DNA of 64,000 bases from Monocercomonoides exilis PA203. Lineage: Eukaryota; Protista; Preaxostyla. Numbering within the stretch: the first letter of the stretch is position 1; every line of letters begins with the position of its first letter. The notes below the pieces were generated by a model. It was given only the letters and a program-made list of their open reading frames with translations. It made no database searches and had not been told where the DNA came from. This document shows, piece after piece, positions 14,901-23,496 of the stretch. The DNA is taken from positions 1,302,001-1,366,000 of the forward strand of contig LSRY02000003.1 of NCBI GenBank assembly GCA_001643675.2, read 5' to 3'. Both the position numbers and the translations under genes were made by a program.

Positions 14901-15098
14901 AAACGACCAACGCTCACTGAAGTGAAGAAAGAGCTGGTTGGGTTATTTCCAGATGGGATATTTGTTGTGACGATGACAGATGCGATCATGCTTGAGGAAA
15001 GCAGTGAGGAGCAGGATGAAGGCGGAGAGAGCAAGGAAAGCGAAAAGGAAGGGGAAATTGAAGTGAATGAAATGAAAGACATGTTTGGCAAGGAATGA
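5976..15098 (+). CDS. Giant single-pass surface protein: signal peptide, repeat (beta-helix/Pmp-like) ectodomain, TM helix, cytosolic kinase-like (pseudokinase) domain
   Basis: Uninterrupted ORF 5907-15098; likely start at 5976 (MRAAFNIVTLLLLVSNCYYG, signal-peptide-like). Repeated GGA[LI]/GGG[IV]Y...FxxNxA..G.DxF motifs and five G.x...CG....PC modules. TM LWIIITLTIILFVVLIVVVVLAIRW at ~13758-13832. Kinase C-lobe motifs LRWKAPE, AFSIGMMLWECVTLEIPF and RPTL at ~14660-14915. Confidence 0.88.
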   Translation: MRAAFNIVTLLLLVSNCYYGEGIAERQFQQKFNVEMQKGKISIADKNRDYNINFGNSLKKVIKSADNHICSIQTSLALINASLCVTHLNIIPLTGCPLLTAQHHSAASICSSTCTIHPPSLTNSHHHHCPLFLSAHASLALTNFSLTTHQPAILSFPLFSTPNNLLSHAHSPIPASFSISHSSFSSFISLIQPFLFSPSSLSSPSPSPSPSLSSSPSSSSSSSSSSSFSSPSPSPSPSIYSSPSPSPLHIHHQSHPHLQIHLHLHLSNTLFSNISSPQSHPSLPSLPSHSLNSFISTTSSSSSSSSSTNTNTNTIPSFSLHSSLSMHSTIFIHAHNPIDGTILPNLNSPSTSLSAFNVSFLHQTRSSPNAPVVHIGTESQRAKPGRLTSFDVNSHCFEWCEWNDSNGGSSYGGALHVECTNANLTITSCSFFNCLSANFGGALHCNGLLKIDITKSNFTSCSAAHGGAAFVGSPKSNSVYSFSENRVESCSITSWRGTGLYFDFGSFPSNGQFSFSNCKCIANSGGDAAGCLTFFSPPVNKLSQFSIVECQFINNKLTSSSTSYGGAALCCTATYSWMSGNKFITFCFFDGNSATNGRGNDVFFSGSSITQSPFQQCGSTTSTQRVWNQGTADNETFNGWLPLIAQNKIVSNSGTDADACGRPQQTPCATIEYALNSFISLLQDASLTLLSSIFVPTQTLTFSAVDTKITGNGTDATTIASSGIPQPSNSYSQSSQSTSSLSSFSSFSSSTSSSQDPSASSALFQQTQGSLTVSALAIAHNSTNQITPILFHLSNNSPSLNLNTTTITGTTPSSSSITTPLFFVTAGSLALNHTAITQLSLNSQSIFHLTSLAAPLTLNSSNITDITSTATPTSCVLSSATSPALSLSLANCTMTSINSEQLSQQTATNGGCISFASSASANSFSVSNTIFSTCSVSEDTSSGGRGGALMIEFNEGSQVSESSFSITNIVFSANKASVGRDMYFVCESFVASVKEPLFAFMGNITQMDNSIVGHDRTEAFGDWNVDLFIFLDGFFADKVFVDGTSGVEEVYCGMEKAPCKNVNYGMERLKRTQNTKEEIIVISKSSLTGCVDAGGMCIKAKEDVVVQIECQRDVSGSEECVLKSASLTEMKFIGIVVPSTFNRTISAVIESSTQNGELRMKNSKMSVVGGNENTIGFFLIKSTGKMVELDSVTISDVKSTVSLFSFSLSSSNVNEQEYKVKLLNCTLKELEIDSGVTVEGKAAVFGGSVGVGMAINGSTIDGALSEKSKEGGALKIALNEGGFMTIENSTLTGCVCENMSEGGKGGGIYLDCSLNEEAFQLSSISFSGCSATIGKNMFVKSGNLVNSVKIERFAFDCSDYEEDGNAFVGEDVTYGEMDLRIFLVSLKWVVVSVSTGGHDTLGCGSEIFPCESMKSGIDHIDRSGTEGERKVKVRDEGTIEDSYSFTDALVIDGCVSEEDAIKHRPVQFKETINGDSATAVISSTASLGLLSLKLQIPSQFVPSMNTLISSSGDLQLENCLFEIRSTDIIQYSLITTTTGSCTLKGCSLTDCSFAKSPLVMASSVLFENSNFSNIVNTGSGEGGLATVTLKNEEDLVIISTNASSCSLSSENGKGGFLYLNCQNCLEENPFIFDTGVTFENNNATFGKNMFILAKDFNTSVTNISFKFEYSSMKDDKTLFVGSDNFHSNKDLFMFLVPFSSFEIFISSEGFDVARCGSEKDPCFTMWKGMKNMKEENGKKTIHIEESTIIRDSFNVSNYQIKKDAKMGEEDTKAKLNFEKAIGSQLEYFMENDEHLELTNIQLQLTSGFDNSTKSIISNINGDLVISGCSFYSEAGVNNGFDCVFVDVIGGTVEVNDLSIESCNVGNSIFAINNAVVVCHLVNVRVESLNESGECLLLIKGTESTTKINEGGEEMNLNIDNSSFSGVKRSGNGPSVLESKSEKKICLVVNSSNITEDKAEMSEKGGAIFFTLGSSGSMNLIGSTISHCSCNNNTGRGGGVYLATKERGELNFTFVGMKFSSNTARVGNDIFIECFNITSQINESQFRFDLREGKYNRSNAIFGRDECDYTNDTNLIGFVTIHQSDTIIVSSVNGTNERQCGTSMLPCYSIEHGLIHLTSELISQILVIEESVIEEEMNLKEMSLSSKSRENCEVEVKSGIERTRGELITTRETVSLLRVNFAFDSNFITQHESLISPEGGILEIVNCSFASKQSNEERNIGFARIPFHIFNMEKGELQIMECTTSNLILQESALFLSSTSPSIIDSLSICNSTIETSLIDINECGQLTIKDFKTENISVEGDEESLISCLTMKKTIQLANCTIGGVCSKTTKGKLMKLESCTDVSMDSCIFNGNSKERNKQTLNEGEEMCRWEGSLVDAVKSSVMMKDTTIANSPDGGITMSGGEMVVKEGRFENNDPSIEGYPSLRRNIICSDSGTLNVMSLKGGDGLKDNTSLWMLNNGCSFEGIVSERESSFFIPVLGSVEAKEETDRMKLTFKGMLLFPCNLSFSIVKRKGEEKEIEHYDFDSNGFLSERKVEGSVAKDLINSCGNEIEMSVHILFGNAESPSSTNSFILKNATESDGDGNIVKGDNSSSSLWIIITLTIILFVVLIVVVVLAIRWRKVKERNEELQEIVNDNIRKDPKAFEMVTMEMSPEEQWRRAESEAEKKNEERTKKREYEKKMEHSESSEYLLAENGSTEYILGQDSDKNGEWDLEKEEETQKRIPSPSISSTDTETTFVRGEDLFPTTSSMSNLVDAMACSSPYEKLIVDLRDSLFMLLHGRNEKKELAIGTLKEREVTGAQMLFWVANGALHSLEDEEDELPSLRDLSPHIVLFSEHMVICIALHSDCSSSSDDSDSSSITSTTIVTSASVDDDDERDSLPSSAFEGDEDKWKECLRWKAPELVMNRKMGATEKSVAFSIGMMLWECVTLEIPFGEYEGEVAGQKIADGEKPDERGIEESMMKNVVDACLSSEASKRPTLTEVKKELVGLFPDGIFVVTMTDAIMLEESSEEQDEGGESKESEKEGEIEVNEMKDMFGKE

Positions 15099-16407
15099 GA
15101 ACTGAAAACAAAAGAAAAGTTAACCATGCATGAAACTCAAAGAGAAAGAGAGATAGTTGTTTCAACATATTTGACTTAATTCAGATCAAAAATGAAATTC
15201 ACTTCGTTGATTTTTGAGATGAGTGTGAGAACATGATGAGATTTTTGGGATTTGTAGTGTTTTTATAAAAGAATGAGTTTAAGATGATTTTTTTGCTGGC
15301 TTTTGAACAGCTGAAAATTTAAAGAAAAAAGGAAATATTGAAATTTTCAGAGCATTTATCAGTTTTTCTGTCAGTGTGCGTTGTATAGGAAAATTGTAAG
15401 TTATTTTGTTTTGAAAATGAGAAAAAAAAAAAAAAATTGAAAATATTATTTTAGAAAGAAACAAGTGTGAAAAAAACAAGAAGTGAACTTTGAAATTGAT
15501 AGAAATATTTATCATCGGCTTCAAAAAGCTTCACTGTTCATTCAATTCGGAATCAAAAGGACTGTGAAAGATTAATCGGCTTAAATTAATAAGCTTTAAT
15601 AGAAAAATTTAAAGCACCAAAAACGTTATGAAACACCAAAGATTATTGAAGCATTGTTCACATCACATCAAAACAATAAGTGCAGAGAATGAATAAAATC
15701 AAATTTTCATTTTTCATTCAATTGCAGCAATGTCTGCTTCAATGGTTTCTGAAATTTTTTAGTGTTTAAAATTGAAAACTTATATGTCACATGTGAAATA
15801 TGAATAAACTCGGATGAAAATTCAATTATAAAGAAAGAATGCAAATGTTCTTGACAACTCTCACTTTGAAATTTCAAAAAATGAGATAAATCAATTGAAT
15901 GTGAATGCCTTTGTTTCGAATGTCGAATGACAAATTATTCAAAAGCGTATGGATGATTATTTTTGAAAAGTTGAAACAGTTAAGTTTTCTGTTTTAACTG
16001 TTCATTTAATTCATTAATCAGTATTCTCAACAGACTCTTCAAACTATTTTTTTTGAAAGAACCAAAACAGTCAATTGTTGTTGACCTGAAATAAATTGCT
16101 AAATGGAGTATTTTTAATAGCCGGTTACGAATACTGATCAATTTATGAAATGCACAATTGAAACTGAAATTATGACTGTTTCGACTATTCTTAAATAATA
16201 ACTCAAATGTTTCTGAAAACATCCATTCAAACGAAGTACATGAATAATATGCATTAAAATTCAACAGTTGACATGAAATACATTAGTGAGCATTTCGAGT
16301 TATTTGTATTTCCCGCTTTTAAAAAAATGGGAACAAAATTTTTTCTGTTCAACATAGCTTTTGCAAATTAAGAAAAATTACCAGTTACCTTTCGATCATA
16401 ATCATAA

Positions 16408-16665
16408 CATGATTATTTTTGTAATCATAACTTTTTTCGGGATATTAATTTTTCAAGGATTGTTTGTCATTGAGAAGTGAATTGGAAATCAAATGCTCAC
16501 TTCATCACAACTGTTCCAAAAACAAATGTGTTAAGCTGAAACAAAGATGAGGATATCTTTGATAAATCCATTCACTTTTCAGTGTTTTTTTGTTGATATT
16601 TATCGGATGATTTCGAACCGAAATTATTGAATGGAAAAATATGACAACAAAATAAATCTCCCATA
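16408..16665. mobile_element. Degenerate MITE of the TGGGTGATTATT family
   Basis: tgattatttttgtaatcataacttttttcggg (~16411-16441) is the reverse complement of the 3' end of the copy at 20265-20523; right end aaataaatctccca-ta. Confidence 0.5.
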
Positions 16666-17630
16666 TGCAGTCTAAATCGAATTCAATCATATCTGTTTTT
16701 GAACAACTTTTTGTGACTATATCCGATTGTGGTTATAATCGATGTAACATTACACAGAAAAAAATCAAATATTTATTTATTCATTAATTAATTTTGGGTT
16801 ATTTTTTTTTTTAAGAAATTCTTCACGAATACACATTTTTCAATTGAAACATCAATTTGGCTAGTTCCAAGTACATGGACCATCGATAAAAAAATTCTTT
16901 CATATTTGGAGTGAAACAAAACGTTATATTAATTAATTTTAAATTAGTTTAATTTGTCGAAAATGCATTGTGATGAAGTTTCAATTTTTCATTCGATCTA
17001 TCCCATAAATATTATCAAACTTTCCTTGTTTTTTATTCTTTAATTTTTTCTTAATTGAACACGTTATGTATTTTCGCTTGCTTGTGTTTGTTGCACCCAT
17101 TTTTTATGTAATACAAATCAGTAATGTTTTTCCATTTTTTTCAAATTTTTTCGAATGAAAGAAGCACAATTGACTTTTTTCTGTTTCACAAGTTATTTTG
17201 AGAACAAAAAAATGTGCAAAATTTTAAAACATCAAAAAATATTATCAATTATTAAAAGATCGCAGTTTGTACAAATCGAATTGTCGATTGAAATGCAAGA
17301 GGCAATATTCAATTAATTTATTGTTTTCTTTGATGATGCCGAAGTTCACGTTTATTATTAGTCCAAAGTCTTTCTCAAATTTCCATATATTAATTTGTTA
17401 AATGACTTGTTTGTTATTATTAAAGCAAAAACCAACAAAACAATAAAGAAAAAGAAGAAGATATTTTTCCAGCTGTTCTTCTGTTGTAGTTTTTTTCATT
17501 CAGCAGCATCAACAATGGAGCATCGAATCCGTGTTCTTCGATATTCTCTCTTCAGAATAGCTACGTAATCGAAGTTGTTGGATGCACGTTTCAAACACTC
17601 GGCTCAGAATGATGCAAAAAGGGAGGGGCG

Positions 17631-19069
17631 ATGTCTCTTGAGCTGAAAGTGGCAGATGGACAGCTGAAGATGACGAATGTGGGAGTGACGAACAGCATAT
17701 GCAGCAGTTCTGAAGGATGTGGCGGAGGAATCTATTTTGCATCTGCAACAGACAACAATGACAGATATTCGTTTTCAGAGATAAGTGTTGGAGGAAACAG
17801 GGCGCACCAGGGAAGAGACATGTTCATTGTGGTGAATGATCTGAGGAATTGTATGAATTCTGAATCGTTTGCGTTCGTTCAACTTTCAAAGAAAAAGGAG
17901 GGTTTTTGAATCTGAGCTGTAATTCGATTGATTGATTTTCTTTGTCTGACTTGATGTTTGGTGATGTTTGATTGGACTGAATGGAAAAACACTACAGCTT
18001 TCTTTGGGGCAGACAAAGAGAACATTACAAAAGGCATATCTTTGGACAAGCTGCTGTTTGAGCACACAGACACTTCTGTTGTTGTGTCGTCGAGTGGAAG
18101 AGACATACACGGTTGCGGATTAGAAAGGGAGCCTTGTCAATCATTTTTTGAAGGAATGAGGCATTTCAGAGAAAAAATTCAGTTCAGAGAAATCAAAATC
18201 AACACAAGTGCTGCCATTTCAGACGAGTGGGACCTTTCAAACAGCTCAATAAGCCCAGCTGTTCCTACTTCTCCTGGCTATTCTTCTTCTTCCTCCTCTG
18301 ATGAGCCTTCCTCAGATGAATGCTCAATCAATGTGGGAAAAGCTATTCAATCTCTTTCTGAGCCTTCTGAGGCTGTGCTCACAAACAAGCTTATGCTCAC
18401 CTTCACCTCCATCAACTTCTGCCTGCCTTCGTCTTTCGAAACGCAACAAAAGGAGCTTCTCTTCACTGAGACAGGAACAGCCACGCTTAACAAATGCTCA
18501 TTTGTGACACAGACAGCAGAAGAAGGCATTGCGTTTGTGCTTTTCCATGTTTCGTCTGGGACACTTTCGATTGAAGTGTCCAAAATGGCCGAGCTCTCCT
18601 TTGCGACATCAGCCATCCGACTTGCTGATCCGTCTGCACATTTTGTGGCAAGCGTGTTTATGTGAGGATGAAGGAGAAGGCGGATGGGTTGGCTGATAGC
18701 TGGTCAAATGAAGGCAGTGTGCTGGCGAATCTGTCGTCTTTTGTGACATGTGCGTGCTCAACGAGTAAAGGCAGAGGAGGCGCAATTGCATTGAACTGCC
18801 TGGACGATCCTGAAGATTCAGATGCGCCGTCTTCGGAGAAAGCGAAGGCGCTGCCAATCAAATTTCGGCTTATTCGGTTTTCTTTGAACAGAGCGAGCTT
18901 GGAGAAGTATCTTTTCATTATTTGCCGATCGATCACAAGCCAATTCAACGAGGCGCTGTTTGTGATTAACTTCAACGAGTTGACATTCGAAAGAGATATT
19001 GCCATCTACGTAGAAGATAAGAGAAAAAGTGAGCCAATTGATTTGGGGGCAGTTGACAGTGTCACATAG
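17631..19069 (+). pseudogene. Disrupted internal fragment of the giant surface-protein family
   Basis: Three ORF pieces (17631-17909, 17958-18665, 18662-19069) carry family motifs GCGGGIYF..NRAHQGRDMFI, SSSGRDIHGCGLEREPCQSF and KGRGGAIAL..CRSITSQFNE. Broken by a ~90-bp insert and a frameshift; no signal peptide, TM or kinase region. Confidence 0.8.
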
Positions 19070-19608
19070 TTCGGGATGGAGATTTGCAACTTCTAATAAA
19101 GAGTTAGAAAATAAGGGTTGATGGTGAGGGAAAGTCCTACGTGAAAAACTCAGATATGTTAGTCGAAATCAAAATGAAAATGCATTTCAAAACGAACATG
19201 TGCAAAAAATAACTTTTTTGGTTAATGAAGTCAAGTGATTTGGCTTGTTCATATGATTTTTCTGCTTTTCTTGGTGTTAACGACAATGAGCTTTTTCAAT
19301 TTGTGATGTCAATTGTTTTTTTTTTTTTATTTTTTTATTTTTTTTATTTTATTTTATTTTTTATTTTATTTTTTTTTTTATTTTTTTTTGTGGTTGACAC
19401 ATTTCATCATCGAATTAAAGTCTTTGTTATTGCTGTTAACAGTTTCAGAATGTATCTCATAGACGCACCAAGCAAAGAAACTTGGTAAATTTTATTTTAA
19501 GGATACAGGAACAACACTTTTCTTCCATTCAATTAAAAATTTTGAAAGAAATCCAAAATTTCGCATATATCCATAACAAAAAAGCGTATTCAAATAATGC
19601 AATTCATA

Positions 19609-19850
19609 TGGGTCATTCTTTTTGAAAAGTCGCAAAAGTTTAATTTTCAAATAAATCAAAAAATTCATATTTTGCTCAAATTCTCGTTACCGCTCATAAA
19701 TCTTCTTAACTATTCATGAAATGGCATTATCAAGTTATAGATTCCATGTTAGTGAAGTTTGGTTTGTGTTAACAAAAATTTGAGAAAAATTTGAAATTTT
19801 TTATTTATCTGAGAATTAAACATTTGCGACTTTTCAAAAAGAATAACCCA
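19609..19850. mobile_element. 242-bp mariner-type MITE with TA target duplication
   Basis: ta|tgggtcattctttttgaaaagtcgcaaaagtttaatt ... aattaaacatttgcgacttttcaaaaagaataaccca|ta; two mismatches over ~40 bp including flanks. Confidence 0.85.
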
Positions 19851-20264
19851 TATCCTTATTTTTGGCTGAAAAACAAATTAAATTGAATGAAAACACAAAT
19901 ATAACATTAGTTTCGAATAATAACATTCAAAAATGATGATGTGAAAATTTATCAAAAAGTTTGAAGCAAGTAATAAAAAAATTAATCTCTAAAATTCTTT
20001 GATATGAGATGATATAGCTCCTAGCCTTCAATTTTGAGAAAAAAAGAAAAAAGGAAAAAAGAAAATTTTTGAAAGATAGATCGAATGAAATATTAAAACT
20101 TCGTCACAATGCATTTTCGACAAATTAAACTAATTTAAAATTAATTAATATAACGTTTCGTTTCGCTCCAAATATGAAAGAATTTTTTTATCGATGGTCC
20201 ATGTACTTGGAACATGCCAAAAACCGATTTTTCAATGAAAAAATCACACATTATAATAAACATG

Positions 20265-20523
20265 TGGGTGATTATTTTTGGAACAATATTTTTTCGAATT
20301 AAAATTTTACTTTTATTATTTTGTTTTTTATTTTCTAAGATGAACAAAGAAAAATGTTAACTTCAGCAAAAAACATCATGATCTTTCTTTCATATCAAAC
20401 ATTTGCTATTGATACAATTGAAATGATTTTCACATTTCAATGACAGATTGATTTTCAATGACTGTGAATTTTCATCATAACCATAACCCCGAAAAAAGTT
20501 ATGATATCATAAATAATCACCCA
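20265..20523. mobile_element. ~260-bp MITE (TGGGTGATTATTT...AAATAATCACCCA)
   Basis: 13-bp perfect TIR; flanked by TG on both sides at the position where intact MITE B has TA. Related copies at 16408, 49518 and 55616. Confidence 0.8.
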
Positions 20524-20843
20524 TGCGTTTATTTATTTTCATCCCTATGATAATATGCGATGGGAAATAAATGAAAAATAGGCAAAAAATTTCTATTCAT
20601 CGAAAAATGTGACTATAAACGAATGTGATTATATTCGACATGATTATATCCGGTTTTGACTGAATAAATGAACACTGAATAGTTACTCCTTCATTCAATA
20701 ATTATTGTTTTCATGATCATAATCAAAAACATCGTCATTTTGAACAACTATCATGCTTTTTTCATTAGAATGAATATTTTCTTTCGAAGAAATAAAACCT
20801 CAGAAGAAACCGAACTCCGAAAAAAGTTACGATTTTAATATTT

Positions 20844-21293
20844 CTGTCTTGCCGGATATAATCACGTCGAATATAATCACATTCGCTTATAGTCACATTT
20901 TTGTGTGCAAGAATATTTTTGGACGATTTTCATTCATTTTCCATCGCATATTATCACAGGAATGATAATATATGTTCACAATTTTTTTCAATATGGGTGC
21001 TTTTTTCAATGAAAAATCGATTATTTAATAAATATTTTCTATTTTTTTAATTTTTCGAAATTATGTTAAAATAAGATCAAATAATGTGTTTAAAATGATA
21101 AAAATTAATTTCGGAAGTGAAAAATGTGTTTTTGTGAAGAATTATAAAAAATAAAAAAATTGTCCCAAAATCAATAAATGAATAAATATATTTTTATTTT
21201 TATCTGTGAAAAGCATCATCGTAATTTATCACAATCGGATATAGTCACAAAAAGTCATGCAAAATCCGATGTGATTATATCCAGTATTGACTG
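20844..21293. mobile_element. pogo/Tc1-like MITE copy B (~450 bp, uninterrupted)
   Basis: Left end ctgtcttgccggatataatcacgtcgaat; right end atccgatgtgattatatccagtattgactg|ta. 15-bp-period subterminal repeats (ggatataatcacgtc gaatataatcacatt cgcttatagtcaca). Confidence 0.8.
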
Positions 21294-22355
21294 TATCACC
21301 AACATTCAAAAAAACTTCTCTGCAAGTGTTATAATAGTTTAAAACTGTGTTTCAATCTAAATACGATAAAAAACATGTTTGTTTAATTCTTAATTTCAGC
21401 CAAAACAGCAGAATCACATGCATAATCTTTATAGCTGTGTTTTTTGTTTTCGATTATGTAGTTCCTTTTAATACAGAAGTTGTTTTCATACACTTTCTGC
21501 GCTTTTGAAAATGAACATTGTCTCTTTTACACCATAATTTTTTAAGTTAACGGCGTTTTCATTCCCTAGTCTCTGGAAGAAGTCTGTGCTTGAAAATCCA
21601 CTTCCAAGTTAGTTCAAAATGAGCAAACAAGTAATTCATGATAGAGATAACCTCTTTTGTGTATGGTATCTTTGACATTTTTTTCTCAAAGATTATTGAT
21701 CTCACCCAATTTTTTGTGAAAAAAATTGCAAAAAAAAAAAAAATTAATAATTTATTAACAACTAATTTCCGCAAGGTCAGGCCTGCACATATATTATTTA
21801 CAATTAACTATAAACCATTCATGAAAGTTTCAAGCAAATTTTAGAGGAATGCAAATATTTTTCTCACACCATTTTTGCTTCATTCATGAAGATATAACGG
21901 CCCGAATTTGAAGAAAATTATTTTTGATAGTGTAAAAAGTAGGGAAAAAAAAAGTGTGTATTCAAAAAAACTTTAATGACAAAAAATAACTTTGCTATCA
22001 TATATTAATGATAGATTTATTTGGAGCATAAAAGAAACGGCAGTCACAGGAATTTTTTTCCTGTCATATCATACCATTTTGTTAAAAAAGTGGACAAATA
22101 AACAATTCGTTTTCACTTTCGAAGAAATTTATTAATAATTATCAAATGCTTAAAAACAAAAAAACAAAACAATTCCAACAAAAAAAGAAAATTCTCAAGT
22201 TTTAATCTTTTCTCAGCTTTTGCTCCTGCATTCAACTATAAAATATAACAAAAAAATACATCAAAGTGAAAATAAGAAAAACTTATTGAAATTCAAATCG
22301 CAGGATATGAATTCAAAACAATTCCATTTCAGACAGTAAATAGGAATAAAATAAC

Positions 22356-23164
22356 TCATTTCCCGCTGCTATGACTTCTTCTTGCCCATCCCCATAAACA
22401 AGCAGTTCCTATAAAACTCAAAATAACAAATATAATTATCAAAGCTTTGCATTGCGCTTTTCGCCTTCTTTTCTTTTGCGCTTCGGAGCGTGACTTATCT
22501 CTTTGTTTCTTCCACCATTGATTTTCATCATTTTCAATATCATCAACAAGAAGCTCGACAGTATCTTGTGATGCAAGAAACTCATCTACAATTATAATTT
22601 TGTTAAATAATTATTGATATCAACTCACAAACCAATGGTTTGCTCAACTGATTGCTTTAACAAATCCACATCAGATACAGTTTTATCAATGCTCACAGCA
22701 GAGCATTGAATGCCAACCTAAACAAAAATAATTTACAAATCTATTGAAAAAAGATACAATTATTTATGCAAACCATTTGCTGATGAAGAAATGTTTCGAA
22801 ATCACACGCCTCAAACTTAGAGTCTTGTGGAAGACGCTTGCCGTATTGCGTGTAGAAACGTTCTTTAACATCAGATAGAAATTGTAATGCGATTTTACGT
22901 TCAAGATTGAAATCTGCCTGACAAAGAAACATATAGTTGTCATCAACAATGTAATGAAAAAGCCATCTTTTAAATATGGAATAAATTATGTAATTGTAAA
23001 ATCAATAATTGAACATACTTATCAAACATATACGAAGAAATTCCATTACGATGAGATGCGTGCTTCAAAATGTGATTTATAACTTTGGAGTTATCTTGTA
23101 ATGAAAGTGAATGTGAAACAATTATCATTTGGCCAAAGCTAACTGATGCGAACAAGATGGACAT
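22356..23164 (-). CDS. VAMP7-like longin R-SNARE with degenerate SNARE motif and C-terminal TM
   Basis: Introns 23018-22967, 22773-22718 and 22632-22586. Longin domain MSILFASVSFG..SSYMFDKWLFHYIVDDNYMFLCQAD..RKIALQFLSDVKERF; coil TVSDVDLLKQSVEQTIDEFLASQDTVELLV; TM LIIIFVILSFIGTACLWGW; TGA at 22358-22356. Confidence 0.85.
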
Positions 23165-23496
23165 TACACCAATACAATACACAATTTCTATATAAATATA
23201 TTAGATTGGCAAATGCGTTGTACACAATTCTACAATTAGAAAACAATTCTTTTAATCTTCCTTACACAAATTGTGGGCATTTTTTATCGATAATGGTAAG
23301 ATCTCTTTTCTATTCATTTTTTTATGTATGTAAAATCTCTTTTTTAGCCATTTAAAGATTGACCATGAATCATTTGCCTTTTTAAATAATTGCTTCTCTT
23401 TTATTTAATGATAATGTTCATTGAATTATTACATTTTTAAACTTGATCCTTTCTTTTTTTGAAAATATGCAATTCAAATTACCAAATCCGAATTAG
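23165..23496. promoter_or_regulatory. Probable bidirectional promoter (VAMP7-like / PABP)
   Basis: Divergent ATGs 332 bp apart; ATTGGCAAAT (reverse CCAAT) at 23205-23214. Confidence 0.5.

Larger units (their letters stand above)
16859..20218. mobile_element. 3.36 kb non-autonomous TIR element (GGC..GCC ends, Harbinger-like) enclosing a surface-protein gene fragment
   Basis: About 140-bp near-identical inverted repeats at 16859-17002 and 20076-20218 (ggc-ta/at-gttccaagtacatggaccatcgataaaaaaattctttcatatttggag...cattcgatctatc). No transposase ORF inside. No clean TSD (ttt / aaa). Confidence 0.72.
16668..20662. mobile_element. pogo/Tc1-like MITE copy A (CAGTC...GACTG), split by nested insertions
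   Basis: 16668-~16850 is the reverse complement of ~21110-21293. ~20221-20260 and 20532-20662 are the reverse complement of parts of 20844-21020. It is therefore an inverted copy of MITE B interrupted by 16859-20218 and 20265-20523. Confidence 0.75.

Noticed and set aside
15279-16690. Small ORFs as transposase remnants (also 20141, 21559, 21638)
   Set aside because: No DDE/D, HTH or reverse transcriptase motifs recognisable.
17878-17969. Gap between pseudogene pieces as a spliceable intron
   Set aside because: It starts with GT but has no AG at the position needed to rejoin FAF-DW, and a separate frameshift at ~18662 still breaks the frame.
20850-20900. 15-bp periodic repeats as a CRISPR or iteron array
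   Set aside because: No unique spacers and no cas genes; they are subterminal repeats of a MITE in a eukaryotic genome.
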